In this document: positions 50,956 through 60,600 of the stretch, in pieces
Numbering within the stretch: the stretch's first letter is position 1
Layout: each line of letters starts with the position of its first letter
From: a virus
Taxonomy: Duplodnaviria; Caudoviricetes
IMG/VR virus record: IMGVR_UViG_3300037400_002947
Span: 32,001-96,000 of that record
Direction: 5' to 3' (one strand)
DNA: 64,000 nucleotides
Translations under genes and position numbers: made by a program
The notes under the pieces: model-generated
Told to the model about the DNA's origin: nothing
What the model saw: only the letters and a program-made list of their open reading frames with translations
Databases searched by the model: none

Positions 50956-52692
50956 ATGACAAAAACAGAAACAATCAACGAAATGATCAAATTCCTCAGC
51001 CGCTACGAGTACGAGGACGGATACAACTACACGCCGACCGAGTACGGCTGCGGTGTCATCTTCGACACCGAGATGCGTAACAAGGGAGCGCTCATCTCGA
51101 AGCTTGAGAAGCATCCGCGCTACAACGGACGCTTCCAGATTGTGCTCGACGAGAGCTTCCACCGCGACGTCGACCGCTGTGCTGTCAATAGATTTAAAGA
51201 TTACATCTCGGGTTTCACGGTGAAAAGTTTCCATTACACCTTTGTACAGGGCGAAGTAGTCCGCGTCAAGAGCGAAATCCCCGTCAAACCCAGCAACTGG
51301 GTCGAGCCGATGGATGATTGGGTTGGAAAGGAAGTGGTTACGATTGACGACGGGAATACTTCTGTCCGGTGCAAGCTTGTCGATGACCCTGACACTTCAA
51401 CATGGGCAGAGTCATGGTGGTTCCAGATCGACACGCTTGAGCGCCTTGACGGAAGTAGCTATGTTACGGAAAGCGCCGACAAGAAGATAACCAGAGACGA
51501 CTGGTACTTCGTCTGCGACCTCATCGATGATGGGCAGTACCTGTCTCCGGAAATGACCGAGAAGGCAAACGAACGTTTCGACTGGCTCCGTGCGCACTCC
51601 GGTCAGAAAATGAGCCGCATCGTCAAGAAGATCTGCGACCACTTCGGAATCTCGAAGGATGGCGCATGGAATCGGCAGTACACGCGGTTCGCCGACGCCT
51701 GCAATCCGCTCGAAGTTAAGACCTGGACAATTATCTCTTGGCATCCGGTTGACTACTGGGCAATGTCGTTCGGCAATTCGTGGACGTCTTGCCATTCCGT
51801 CGACAAGACCGACCTCAACGGAGTCTACTCAGGCTCTTATCACGGGTGCTATTCCGGCGGAACGGAAAGCTACATGCTCGACCCGTCGTCCGTGGTCGTC
51901 TACGTGGTCGACCGCAGTTACGAAGGGAACGAGTTCGAGCTTCAGCCGAAGGTGCTGCGGCAGATGTTCCACATCGCCGAGGACGGAACGTCCTTTGTTC
52001 AGGGTCGGCTGTATCCGCAGGACAACGACTGCGGCTCGAAAGAGAAGTACGACAAGATGAGAGCCATTATGCAGAGAGTCATCTCTGAATGCTTCGGCAC
52101 CCTGAATTACTGGGACGTCAAGAAGGGAACCAGCACATGCTCCAGAGCAATCTGTTCCTGCGGTGTCCACTACCGTGATTACGAGTACTTCGATAACTGC
52201 ACGCTCTCGACCTTAAAGGAAGGATACACCGGAGCCTGCATCACAGTCGGTCACGACCCGATCTGCCCGAACTGCGGCGAAGAGCACGGTGACGAGGAGT
52301 GCGTCCAGTGCTCGGACTGCCGCGAAGAGGGACCGCGCTGTGAAGAGTGCGGCGATCCGGTTGATTTGGACGGAAATGGAATCCGCACCGCCGATGACCA
52401 CTACTTCTGCAGCACATACTGCGCAGAGCGGGCAGGCTATGTCTGGTGCTCTAACGACGAAGAGTGGCACTACAACAACAACGAGGTGTGCTATGACGAC
52501 TGGCTTGGCGAGTATGTCTATGACTACTACGAGGATTTCGTAAGAACGGAAGACGGTCATACATATCTGGATGCGGATAATGCCGAGGCTGACGGGTACC
52601 GCTACGTCGAAGGAGACGGCTGGTATTATGTGGACGAAGTTAAATGGAACGAAGAAACATGCGAATACGAACTCAGCGAGGAGGTGGCGTAA
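50956..52692 (+). CDS. Large hypothetical protein with C-terminal CxxC repeats
   Basis: IS.HP.DY..MS.G.SW.SCH and GRLYP motifs; Cys/acidic tail. Confidence 0.7.
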   Translation: MTKTETINEMIKFLSRYEYEDGYNYTPTEYGCGVIFDTEMRNKGALISKLEKHPRYNGRFQIVLDESFHRDVDRCAVNRFKDYISGFTVKSFHYTFVQGEVVRVKSEIPVKPSNWVEPMDDWVGKEVVTIDDGNTSVRCKLVDDPDTSTWAESWWFQIDTLERLDGSSYVTESADKKITRDDWYFVCDLIDDGQYLSPEMTEKANERFDWLRAHSGQKMSRIVKKICDHFGISKDGAWNRQYTRFADACNPLEVKTWTIISWHPVDYWAMSFGNSWTSCHSVDKTDLNGVYSGSYHGCYSGGTESYMLDPSSVVVYVVDRSYEGNEFELQPKVLRQMFHIAEDGTSFVQGRLYPQDNDCGSKEKYDKMRAIMQRVISECFGTLNYWDVKKGTSTCSRAICSCGVHYRDYEYFDNCTLSTLKEGYTGACITVGHDPICPNCGEEHGDEECVQCSDCREEGPRCEECGDPVDLDGNGIRTADDHYFCSTYCAERAGYVWCSNDEEWHYNNNEVCYDDWLGEYVYDYYEDFVRTEDGHTYLDADNAEADGYRYVEGDGWYYVDEVKWNEETCEYELSEEVA

Positions 52693-53588
52693 TGAAGTAC
52701 AAAAACTTTATCAAACTTTGCAGAATGTCTCAGGAAGAACTGCGGATTCACCTTGCGGAACAGCTTGCGCTATATGGATATCTTCCGGTAATCGGCGACG
52801 GATTTGTGTACGCAAAGGGAGATGTGTGCGACGTCCTGCTCACAGCGCATCTTGATACCGTCCATCAGGAAAAGCCGAAAGACATCGTGATCAAGAAGGG
52901 AACTATCTCGTCTCCACAGGGAATAGGCGGTGATGACAGATGTGGAATTTACATCATCCTTCGAATCTTAAGCGAAACAGATTACAGACCAAGCATCCTG
53001 TTCTGTGAGGACGAGGAGATCGGCGGCGTAGGCTCGTCGAAGTTCGTAGACTCAGACTACATCACCGACCTGTCGCTTATGAAATTCCTTGTTGAGATCG
53101 ACCGTCATGGAAACAACGATGCGGTGTTCTACTCCTGCGACAATCCGGACTTTACAGACTTCATTCTGGACACGACCGGATACAAAGAGAACTGGGGAAC
53201 GTTTTCTGACATCGGCAACCTGTCTCCGGCGAGCGGTGCGGCCTCGGTGAATCTCTCGTGCGGATATTACAAAGAGCACACAAAGGAAGAGTACGTCGTT
53301 TATGACGAGATGATGCACACGAAGAATGTGGTTGTGAAGCTGCTCAAGGCGGCGAAGTCGTGTGACTTCTTTGAGTACATCGAAGAGGAAATCACATGGT
53401 CGACGAGTCCGAAGACATACGGATACAGCATGGAACAGCAGGTATGGATTATGTATCAGGACGGCGGACAGGATCTTGAGGAGTTCTACACCGGAAGCAG
53501 TATGTACGAGGCGTTCGGGATGTTCTTCTATGACCATCCACACCTCAGATTCAATGACATTCTCGACTACGACGTATATCTCGTATGA
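52692..53588 (+). CDS. M28/M20-like zinc peptidase
   Basis: AHLDTV, GGDDRCG, DEEIGG, EIDR, NLSCGYY.EHT. Confidence 0.8.
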   Translation: MKYKNFIKLCRMSQEELRIHLAEQLALYGYLPVIGDGFVYAKGDVCDVLLTAHLDTVHQEKPKDIVIKKGTISSPQGIGGDDRCGIYIILRILSETDYRPSILFCEDEEIGGVGSSKFVDSDYITDLSLMKFLVEIDRHGNNDAVFYSCDNPDFTDFILDTTGYKENWGTFSDIGNLSPASGAASVNLSCGYYKEHTKEEYVVYDEMMHTKNVVVKLLKAAKSCDFFEYIEEEITWSTSPKTYGYSMEQQVWIMYQDGGQDLEEFYTGSSMYEAFGMFFYDHPHLRFNDILDYDVYLV

Positions 53589-53974
53589 GAAAGGAGACGA
53601 TGGAAATGATTACGGTTTATTACGAGGAGTACGTAAACGACTATAACCGCCGAAACAAGACAAGAGACTTCCTTACACTTGGCGGGTTTGAAGACTGGTT
53701 CTTCGGGCTGTGTAAGGGAGATTACAAGAGAGACATCTCAGTTCCAGATCCGGAGAGCAAAATCTTCAAGCCAGCGGAGCTTCCATACTCGCTCGATGTA
53801 AACGCAATGTGGACGGATGGATGTTGTTACTGGATTCACATGATTCGCAATAAGGGAATCGTATTCTCCGACGGCAAATATACGAATCGTCAGAAACACT
53901 GGAACGACGACATGAAGGATATGTGCCGTCGCATGCTTGAGCGGCGTAACAACCCTAAGTTTGACTTCGTATGA
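53585..53974 (+). CDS. Hypothetical protein
   Basis: Coupled ORF with AAGGAG RBS. Confidence 0.6.
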   Translation: MRKETMEMITVYYEEYVNDYNRRNKTRDFLTLGGFEDWFFGLCKGDYKRDISVPDPESKIFKPAELPYSLDVNAMWTDGCCYWIHMIRNKGIVFSDGKYTNRQKHWNDDMKDMCRRMLERRNNPKFDFV

Positions 53975-54157
53975 AAGGTGGTGAAGAAGGATGTATGGAA
54001 TTACAGGCATTCAGATGAAGGTGATTGACGTTCATGGAACCGATGCTATGGACGTTAATCTCTTTCTTGAAGAGTATGACGGAAACATCATTGACATCCG
54101 GACGGAGCAGATGCTCTATGGTGTAACTCGGTACGTAATTATTTACAAGGCAAAGGA

Positions 54158-54490
54158 GTGATGCAAATGGCGTACAAGGTAAAAGACCCCTGGTTTGGTC
54201 AGACGATTGATGTGGAGCTTGAAATTGCGGAGTATTGCAGCCCGAGAGGAAGGGTTGCACTCCAGCTTTGGTGCGACGACGGCCCATACGCAACGCTCTC
54301 GGTTAACCTGCCGGACGAGCGGTGCGGCGAGAACGAGTTCTTTGTTGACGTCAACAACTGCCCGTGGGCTTGCGGTTTTCTGGAAGAGAACGGAATCGCC
54401 GAGGATACATACATATTCGGGTTCAGCGGATTCTGCTGTTATCCGAAGTACAAGCTGATCAGAAAGGAGTTAGAAGAAGATGGACGATGA
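54158..54490 (+). CDS. DUF4313-like protein
   Basis: PYATLSVNL..FVDVNN..FL..NGIA..SGFC.YP.Y pattern. Confidence 0.65.
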   Translation: MMQMAYKVKDPWFGQTIDVELEIAEYCSPRGRVALQLWCDDGPYATLSVNLPDERCGENEFFVDVNNCPWACGFLEENGIAEDTYIFGFSGFCCYPKYKLIRKELEEDGR

Positions 54491-54662
54491 AAGGAAGGTC
54501 GCAATCGTAATGGCTTTGATTGCCATTGGTTTTGTTGCACTAATCATAATTGCTTACATGTGCGACAAAGGAACTGGAGCGGCGTACGAACAGAATCCGG
54601 CACAATGGGTTTCTAATCCGTCTAATCCTGCAAGTCCACTGTATTGGTTATTGTTTGGTTAA
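54480..54662 (+). CDS. Small membrane protein
   Basis: N-terminal TM segment; NPSNPASP. Confidence 0.55.
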   Translation: MDDERKVAIVMALIAIGFVALIIIAYMCDKGTGAAYEQNPAQWVSNPSNPASPLYWLLFG

Positions 54663-54683
54663 TTGTTTGAAAGGAGAACTGAT

Positions 54684-55214
54684 ATGGAAATCACAAAAGA
54701 ATTCATCTACAAAAACGCAACCATCGGCTTTCAGCGCGCAACGGAGAACGACTTGGTTAAGCGCCAGACTGACTTTGACGGAATCGAGCAGTACATCTGG
54801 GTTCTCGTTGACAGCACGAAATCATTCAAGCTGAATCGCTCCACACTTGACGCTCTCGGTCTCGACGAAATGGAACTGTGGGATGCCGCAGAGCGCAGCC
54901 TGCTTGGGTCTACAACCGTAATGACAATGCAGGATGCCATTGGTGCGCCTTCTGGACCCATGCCGATGTTTGTCGTAACTACTCATCTTGGCTATCGCGG
55001 AGCCGCCGCTGTTCTCGACACAGAAATGCTGAGGGGTAGACTTGGTAAAGGTAAATATGTAATGTTACCGTCTTCGATTCACGAAGTCATTCTCGTGCCG
55101 TACGAAAGCGATACGAATCTTAACGCTCTCAAAGAAATGGTTATGAGCATCAACGCTTCAATGGTTGACGGCGAGGAACAGCTTGGAAACGAAGCGTATT
55201 TGATTGAACTCTAA
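54684..55214 (+). CDS. DUF5688-like protein
   Basis: GAAAVL and LPSSIHEVILVP..MV..IN. Confidence 0.7.
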   Translation: MEITKEFIYKNATIGFQRATENDLVKRQTDFDGIEQYIWVLVDSTKSFKLNRSTLDALGLDEMELWDAAERSLLGSTTVMTMQDAIGAPSGPMPMFVVTTHLGYRGAAAVLDTEMLRGRLGKGKYVMLPSSIHEVILVPYESDTNLNALKEMVMSINASMVDGEEQLGNEAYLIEL

Positions 55215-55452
55215 TCGAAAGGAGTTTGTAGCATGAAATTATTAATGGCATTGTCCAATCCGCATCAGATTGGATCTCTCGTCGAAATAGACGAGGAAGG
55301 CAAAATCACAGTAACTAGGACGATTATTTGCGACGGAACGCTCGCCGCAATGAAGGTAGGGAAATCATGGCGAGAGGTATCAGCGTAAGAAATCACATCA
55401 AATTACAACAGTAATTATCGTGATTTGAAAAATTCTAAAGGAGATATAAGAC

Positions 55453-56139
55453 ATGGGTTGGAAGGAGAAGTACAACGAAGTGTTCCTGTCGGGCAATTAT
55501 CACGGCAGAAAGGAAAAGATTGTGAGGCTCGCACAGCTTAACTACCGCCACAATAGAGCGGATCCGAAAGTATACGCATTGTGCGAAGCACTTGAACAGT
55601 ATGAGGCAATGAGCGGCGACTGGCTTGACCCGACCGCAGATGAACTTGATGAGATGCTTATGGAAGTCTATTAATCAACGGAAAGGAAAATAACTTATGA
55701 CAATCGATCTGAAGAAAATGTATGAAGCTTTCGGCGAAAACCTTGCGTACGGCATGATTGAGAACGGCGGTGACTATCTCGATCTCTACAATGAAGCCGG
55801 AGAACTGGTCGCAATGGACGGAGACGAGGTTGACATCTGGCGGTGCGACGACAAGAAAATCATCCTCGAAAACATGTTTGACGGAAAGCATTTCGCCATC
55901 AGTGCCGATGAGTTCGGTGCGTCGGTATTTGCGTAATGCGTACCGTAATCGCAAGGTGGTTGGTAAGCTTGGCGAAAAAGAACTCGCTGGGCGGAAAGTT
56001 CTATGTAGCATTCGAAGTTGTTGCGCAGAAATTCGGAAAACCCAAGTCATGGGTAAAGGCAAATGCCAAAAAGATAGTCGCCGAGTGCGGAGTAACTGCG
56101 GATGTTAGCGAAAACGATTTTGAAATAATAGTGAGGTAA
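55453..56139 (+). CDS. Three small hypothetical ORFs (55453-55674, 55697-55936, 55936-56139)
   Basis: RBSs and TAATG coupling. Confidence 0.55.
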
Positions 56140-56144
56140 AGCGA

Positions 56145-56669
56145 ATGGGAATGATTGATATTCAGAAACTGAATGCAGAAGTTGAGCAGATGATTGCGAG
56201 CCAGCAGAAGGAAATCGAAGCGTACAAGTCAGCCGCTCTTGTTGCAAGAGAAGAAAAATTCTACAAGTTTATAAGCGACATGGCAAAGTACTCCGCTGAT
56301 GCGAAAACAATTTCAGGAGTTGGAAGCATCTTCGTAGGATCTTACGACGATGGATATGGAAGCATGCGTGGCTACGATGTCAACTTCAGGAAGCGAAACG
56401 GTCGGATTGTGTTCTCGTACTCGACGACATTAGGAGACACTTATGACCACTTCTCTGTAGGTTATGCGGCAAACTACAAAGAGGTAATTGGCGGACACGC
56501 AAGGATTATTGATAACATTGTCGACTGGTACATAAATAATCCGGATGTATTCCGTCAACGCTTTGAAGAAGCATGTATCAAAGCCATTAAGGCAAAAGCA
56601 GAGAAGGCAAATGCGGCGTATGCTGCGGCGAAAGGAGAGTATGAGAGGGCGACACATTCCAATCAGTAA
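56145..56669 (+). CDS. Hypothetical protein
   Basis: GAGGT RBS, 174 aa. Confidence 0.6.
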   Translation: MGMIDIQKLNAEVEQMIASQQKEIEAYKSAALVAREEKFYKFISDMAKYSADAKTISGVGSIFVGSYDDGYGSMRGYDVNFRKRNGRIVFSYSTTLGDTYDHFSVGYAANYKEVIGGHARIIDNIVDWYINNPDVFRQRFEEACIKAIKAKAEKANAAYAAAKGEYERATHSNQ

Positions 56670-56844
56670 CTGTATATGTCCGACGTGCGGAAGCGCTTTC
56701 CCGATTCCGAGAAGGCCAGGAAGAGCAAGGGAACGGAATCATCTCAAGCGACTGTACTGTCCGTTTTGCGGAGTAGTGCAGAATATGACTGAGATTAGGG
56801 AAAATGATTTCACATTAGGATGCAAATATAACAGAAAGGCGTAA
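56641..56844 (+). CDS. Small Zn-ribbon protein
   Basis: CPTCG..FPIPR..RE.NHLK.LYCPFC; AAAGGAGAG RBS. Confidence 0.6.
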   Translation: MRGRHIPISNCICPTCGSAFPIPRRPGRARERNHLKRLYCPFCGVVQNMTEIRENDFTLGCKYNRKA

Positions 56845-56845
56845 T

Positions 56846-57544
56846 ATGAAAGTATTAGTAGCATGCGAAGAATCACAACGTGTGGCAAAAGCATTTAGAG
56901 AACTTGGTCAAGAGGCGTACAGTTGCGATATTCAAGAGCCGTCTGGAGAAATGCCGGAGATACACATCATGCATGATGTACTTCCTTATATCAACGGAAA
57001 CTGTGTTTTTAAGACCATGGATGGAGTTGAACATCGCATTGATAAAAAATGGGATTTAATTGTTGCGCATCCTAGCTGTCAATACCTCACGTCGTCGGGA
57101 AATCGTTGGTTCAACGTTGAGCGGTACGGAGACAAGGCAAGGGAAAGGATGAAGAGACGCGACGAAGCCGCCGAATTCTTTATGAAGATTGCCAACGCAG
57201 ATTGCGACCATATTGCAATCGAGAATCCGTCCGGATTCATGTCGAGCATCTGGCGCAAACCGGATCAGACGATTCAGCCGTGGATGTTCGGCGACCCGTT
57301 CGAGAAGCGAACCTGCCTGTGGCTGAAAAATCTGCCGCAGCTTGTTCCGACCGACATTGTTGAACCGCCGCCAAGACAGGTTCTGTCGTCGGGGAAAACG
57401 ATGCCGCGATGGTATTCAAACTGTGGCGGTGACCGTCCGAAGGCAAGGAGCAAAACCTTCCCTGGAATTGCGAAGGCAATCGCAACACAGTGGACGAATT
57501 TTTTATTAACAAAGGATGCAAATATAACAGAGGAGTATAAATAA
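56846..57544 (+). CDS. Short phage C5 DNA methyltransferase-like protein
   Basis: MKVLVACEES, WDLIVAHPSC, IENP, QPWMFG, K.TCLWL, RSKTFPGIA.A.A.QW. Confidence 0.75.
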   Translation: MKVLVACEESQRVAKAFRELGQEAYSCDIQEPSGEMPEIHIMHDVLPYINGNCVFKTMDGVEHRIDKKWDLIVAHPSCQYLTSSGNRWFNVERYGDKARERMKRRDEAAEFFMKIANADCDHIAIENPSGFMSSIWRKPDQTIQPWMFGDPFEKRTCLWLKNLPQLVPTDIVEPPPRQVLSSGKTMPRWYSNCGGDRPKARSKTFPGIAKAIATQWTNFLLTKDANITEEYK

Positions 57545-58014
57545 TGCCGAGAAGATCAAGTATTGTAATTGGGGATGTATATGGAAGCCTGACGGTAGAA
57601 AAAGACCTTGGTCTTAGAAGAGGGAAGAACGGGAGAAACGCCCGTTACTTCCTCTGCCGATGCAAGTGCGGAAACTCAACGGAAGTTAGGGGAGAAAATC
57701 TGAAGAGTGGAAACACGAAGTCATGCGGATGCAGTTACAAAGAAGACAAAATCTATGACTGCATTGCCGGAATCGACGACGCATACGACAGACTGCGGTA
57801 TGCGATTGTGATTGACGCAATCGAAACGGCGAAATCTGCAACGAAAAAACTTGACGACATCAAATCGGGAAAGCGAAAGCTGAAGTACAAGGATCAGGCC
57901 GTTGAAGAATGTAAGGAAAGCATCGACGAAGCAATACGCTTTATCAAGAGCGACTGGTTCGCCGAGCTTTGCGATATAGATGCAGACACAATCATTAGAA
58001 GAATAGGAGCGTGA
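57544..58014 (+). CDS. Chimeric protein with a homing-endonuclease-type Cys-rich N-terminal module
   Basis: G.LTV..C.C.CGN..L.SGNTKSCGC followed by a helical domain; no nuclease motif. Confidence 0.6.
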   Translation: MPRRSSIVIGDVYGSLTVEKDLGLRRGKNGRNARYFLCRCKCGNSTEVRGENLKSGNTKSCGCSYKEDKIYDCIAGIDDAYDRLRYAIVIDAIETAKSATKKLDDIKSGKRKLKYKDQAVEECKESIDEAIRFIKSDWFAELCDIDADTIIRRIGA

Positions 58015-58889
58015 TAAGAATGAAGGGAACTGAATTCAAGTTCAAAGGTATGACATTCATCACCGGGATCAGCGTGAAATTCGACAGAGATCTTAAAAGG
58101 GTTGTTGAACTTCTTTCAAACGGCGAGCCGAATGCAAAAGAAAGATTGGAACTTCTTTCAATCTACCATGTCGCGTTTCACGACGACGGAAAGATCGAAG
58201 GGATTTCATCCTGCGATTCTTCCTGCACGAACTGCGAATTCTGCCAGAGCATGCTGAAGGCAGCCGAGGGTGATATGTCTATCATCTGTGCGCTCTGCTA
58301 CGACAAGGCGCAGGAAGCGTACAAGATCCACGGGCGTAATCGGCACAGCCTTGACATGCTGATTATGTCTTCGGTCGAGTTTACGGAAAGCGAACTCGCC
58401 CGAATTCCTCTTACGGGAATCACTCGAATTAATTCATCGGGTGACACGCCGAATCTTACATACGCAAGAAACATGATTAAGCTTGCCAAGGTAAACGGCT
58501 GGGTTCATGTAGGCTACTGGGCTAAGAACACCGGCCCTGTCGTCAGAGCTTGCGACGAACTTGGCAAGCCGTCAAACCTCGTGTTGATTCAGTCGAGCGT
58601 TCACATCGGCAAGCCTGCAAAGCTGTGCAAATACTTCGATTACACATTCACGGTGTATCCGGATGACGAGACGACGGAAGCGGCGATTCGTTCAGGCTCG
58701 GCAGAGTGTAACGGAAAGAAGTGTAGAGAGTGCGGCTTCAAGTGCTACTACGGAACGCATCTGTCGACGGACATCGCAGAGGTACTGCGCGGAGTCAACA
58801 AGACAAAACGTAAAGCCATAATTGAAGCATGCAAATATAACAGAAAGGAGAACGCATGCAGAGATTTACATCAGCAAATACCAGCGTGA
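58011..58889 (+). CDS. GP88-like Cys-rich protein
   Basis: GK, C..C..C, ICALCY, RINSSGD, YWAK, PSNL....S, C..C..CY. Confidence 0.6.
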   Translation: MIRMKGTEFKFKGMTFITGISVKFDRDLKRVVELLSNGEPNAKERLELLSIYHVAFHDDGKIEGISSCDSSCTNCEFCQSMLKAAEGDMSIICALCYDKAQEAYKIHGRNRHSLDMLIMSSVEFTESELARIPLTGITRINSSGDTPNLTYARNMIKLAKVNGWVHVGYWAKNTGPVVRACDELGKPSNLVLIQSSVHIGKPAKLCKYFDYTFTVYPDDETTEAAIRSGSAECNGKKCRECGFKCYYGTHLSTDIAEVLRGVNKTKRKAIIEACKYNRKENACRDLHQQIPA

Positions 58890-59332
58890 ACAGCGGCAGG
58901 ATGCCGAAGATTTATTCTCTGGCGTCCGACCTTATCAAAGGCAAATCAGTGATCGACTACGGTTGCGGAAAGTACTTTGACAACTACGTCGGAAATGTCG
59001 ACTGCGACCTGCACGGATACGACAAGTACAACCGACCGGATGAGAACGAAATCGAGGGCGAGTACGACATCGCTCTTTGCTCGAATGTGCTGAATGTAAT
59101 CGCCGAAAGAGACGAACGCATCAAGGTTTTAAGGGAACTCAAGCGGCTTGCACCGAAGGTGTTGATAACCGTCTACGAGGGTGACCGGAGCGGAAACGGA
59201 AGAGAAACAAAGGCAGATTGCTACCAGCTTAACCGAAACGCAAGCGAATACAATCCTGAGATTTCTCAGGTGTTCGAAAAGGTCACATGGTCGCGCAAAA
59301 GATTTTGGATTTGTGAGAGGAGAACTGCTTAA
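58856..59332 (+). CDS. Class I SAM-dependent methyltransferase
   Basis: VIDYGCGK, YD.Y, YD.ALCSNVLNVI. Confidence 0.78.
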   Translation: MQRFTSANTSVNSGRMPKIYSLASDLIKGKSVIDYGCGKYFDNYVGNVDCDLHGYDKYNRPDENEIEGEYDIALCSNVLNVIAERDERIKVLRELKRLAPKVLITVYEGDRSGNGRETKADCYQLNRNASEYNPEISQVFEKVTWSRKRFWICERRTA

Positions 59333-60600
59333 TGAAAGTACTTGAGTTATTCGCCGGAACAAGATCGATAGGGAAAGCGTTTGAGGCGAGAGGGCACGAA
59401 GTCTTCTCGGTCGAATGGAACAAAGACTTCGAAAACATCGACCTGTATGCAGATATTGGTCAGCTTCCAGCAAGCGAAATCATCGAGAAGTTCGGACATC
59501 CGGACGTTATCTGGGCATCACCAGACTGCACGTCTTATTCGGTTGCGGCAATCAGTAAGCACCGCAGAAAGAATCCTGTTACCGGATCTCTCGACCCGAT
59601 CAGTGATTACGCAAAGTTCTGCGACAAGGTAAATCAGCATGTGCTCGAACTGATTCGAGAATTGAAGCCGACCTACTGGTTCATCGAGAATCCTCGTGGC
59701 GGTATGCGGAAAATGGAGTGGATGCAAGGGTTGCCGAGATATACGGTTACTTACAACAATTATGACAAACTATACGAAAGAGAGATACTAAATAATATGC
59801 AAGAGAAGAAATGTCCACAATGTGGACTTATTAAACCGCTTGATCAGTTTTATAAGAACTCGCATAGGAAGGACGGCCTTACGACATATTGTAAAGAGTG
59901 TATAGCACACAACAGTCACGATTATTATGTCAGAAACAAAGAGGAGTGCAGAGATAGACTTAACAAATGGAGAGCGGAAAATAGAGAGCGTGTTAGAGAG
60001 CGAGATAAGAAATATAGGGAGGAAAACCCTGAAGTAGAGTTTAAGAAACAGCAAAGATACAGGGAGACCCATAAAGAACAACTGTATTTAAAAGGAAAAA
60101 GGTATCGCGAAGAAAACAAAGAATATTTTTATGACAAGATGAAAGAAAGAAAGGAACAGATAGCGAAGGTTGACGATGGCACCGTAACGAAAGAGTTTAA
60201 ACAGTATCTTTTCGATGAACAGGATGGCAAGTGTGCATATTGTGGCTGTGATTTAAACGAAAGCGGAAAACACATCGACCACATCATCCCTATTTCTCGT
60301 GGAGGAAAACATACAGCAAATAATGTTCAGTGGACATGCCCTACGTGTAATCTTTCGAAAGGAGACAAGTTGGAAGAAGAGTGGCTTGTAATGGGACGTC
60401 TTAAACCTACCGACCTGTGGACCAATCATCCTGACCCGAAGTTCTTGCCGCCGAGCAAGAACGGAGATCCTGACCACGTTGCTGCGCCAAGAGGTGCGAG
60501 AACAGGAACCCAGGGGTTAAAGGGAAGTGTCGAGCGGTCGAAGATTCCGGTGCTTCTGTGTGAACACATTGTAGATATATGCGAGGAGGGATGCAAATGA
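59332..60600 (+). CDS. C5 DNA methyltransferase-like protein with an in-frame HNH endonuclease insertion
   Basis: LELFAG, IWASPDC and FIENP motifs; insert with CPQC..CKEC and CAYC..HIDHIIP..GG.H...N....C..CN..K; resumes at KPTDLWTN. Confidence 0.85.
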   Translation: MKVLELFAGTRSIGKAFEARGHEVFSVEWNKDFENIDLYADIGQLPASEIIEKFGHPDVIWASPDCTSYSVAAISKHRRKNPVTGSLDPISDYAKFCDKVNQHVLELIRELKPTYWFIENPRGGMRKMEWMQGLPRYTVTYNNYDKLYEREILNNMQEKKCPQCGLIKPLDQFYKNSHRKDGLTTYCKECIAHNSHDYYVRNKEECRDRLNKWRAENRERVRERDKKYREENPEVEFKKQQRYRETHKEQLYLKGKRYREENKEYFYDKMKERKEQIAKVDDGTVTKEFKQYLFDEQDGKCAYCGCDLNESGKHIDHIIPISRGGKHTANNVQWTCPTCNLSKGDKLEEEWLVMGRLKPTDLWTNHPDPKFLPPSKNGDPDHVAAPRGARTGTQGLKGSVERSKIPVLLCEHIVDICEEGCK

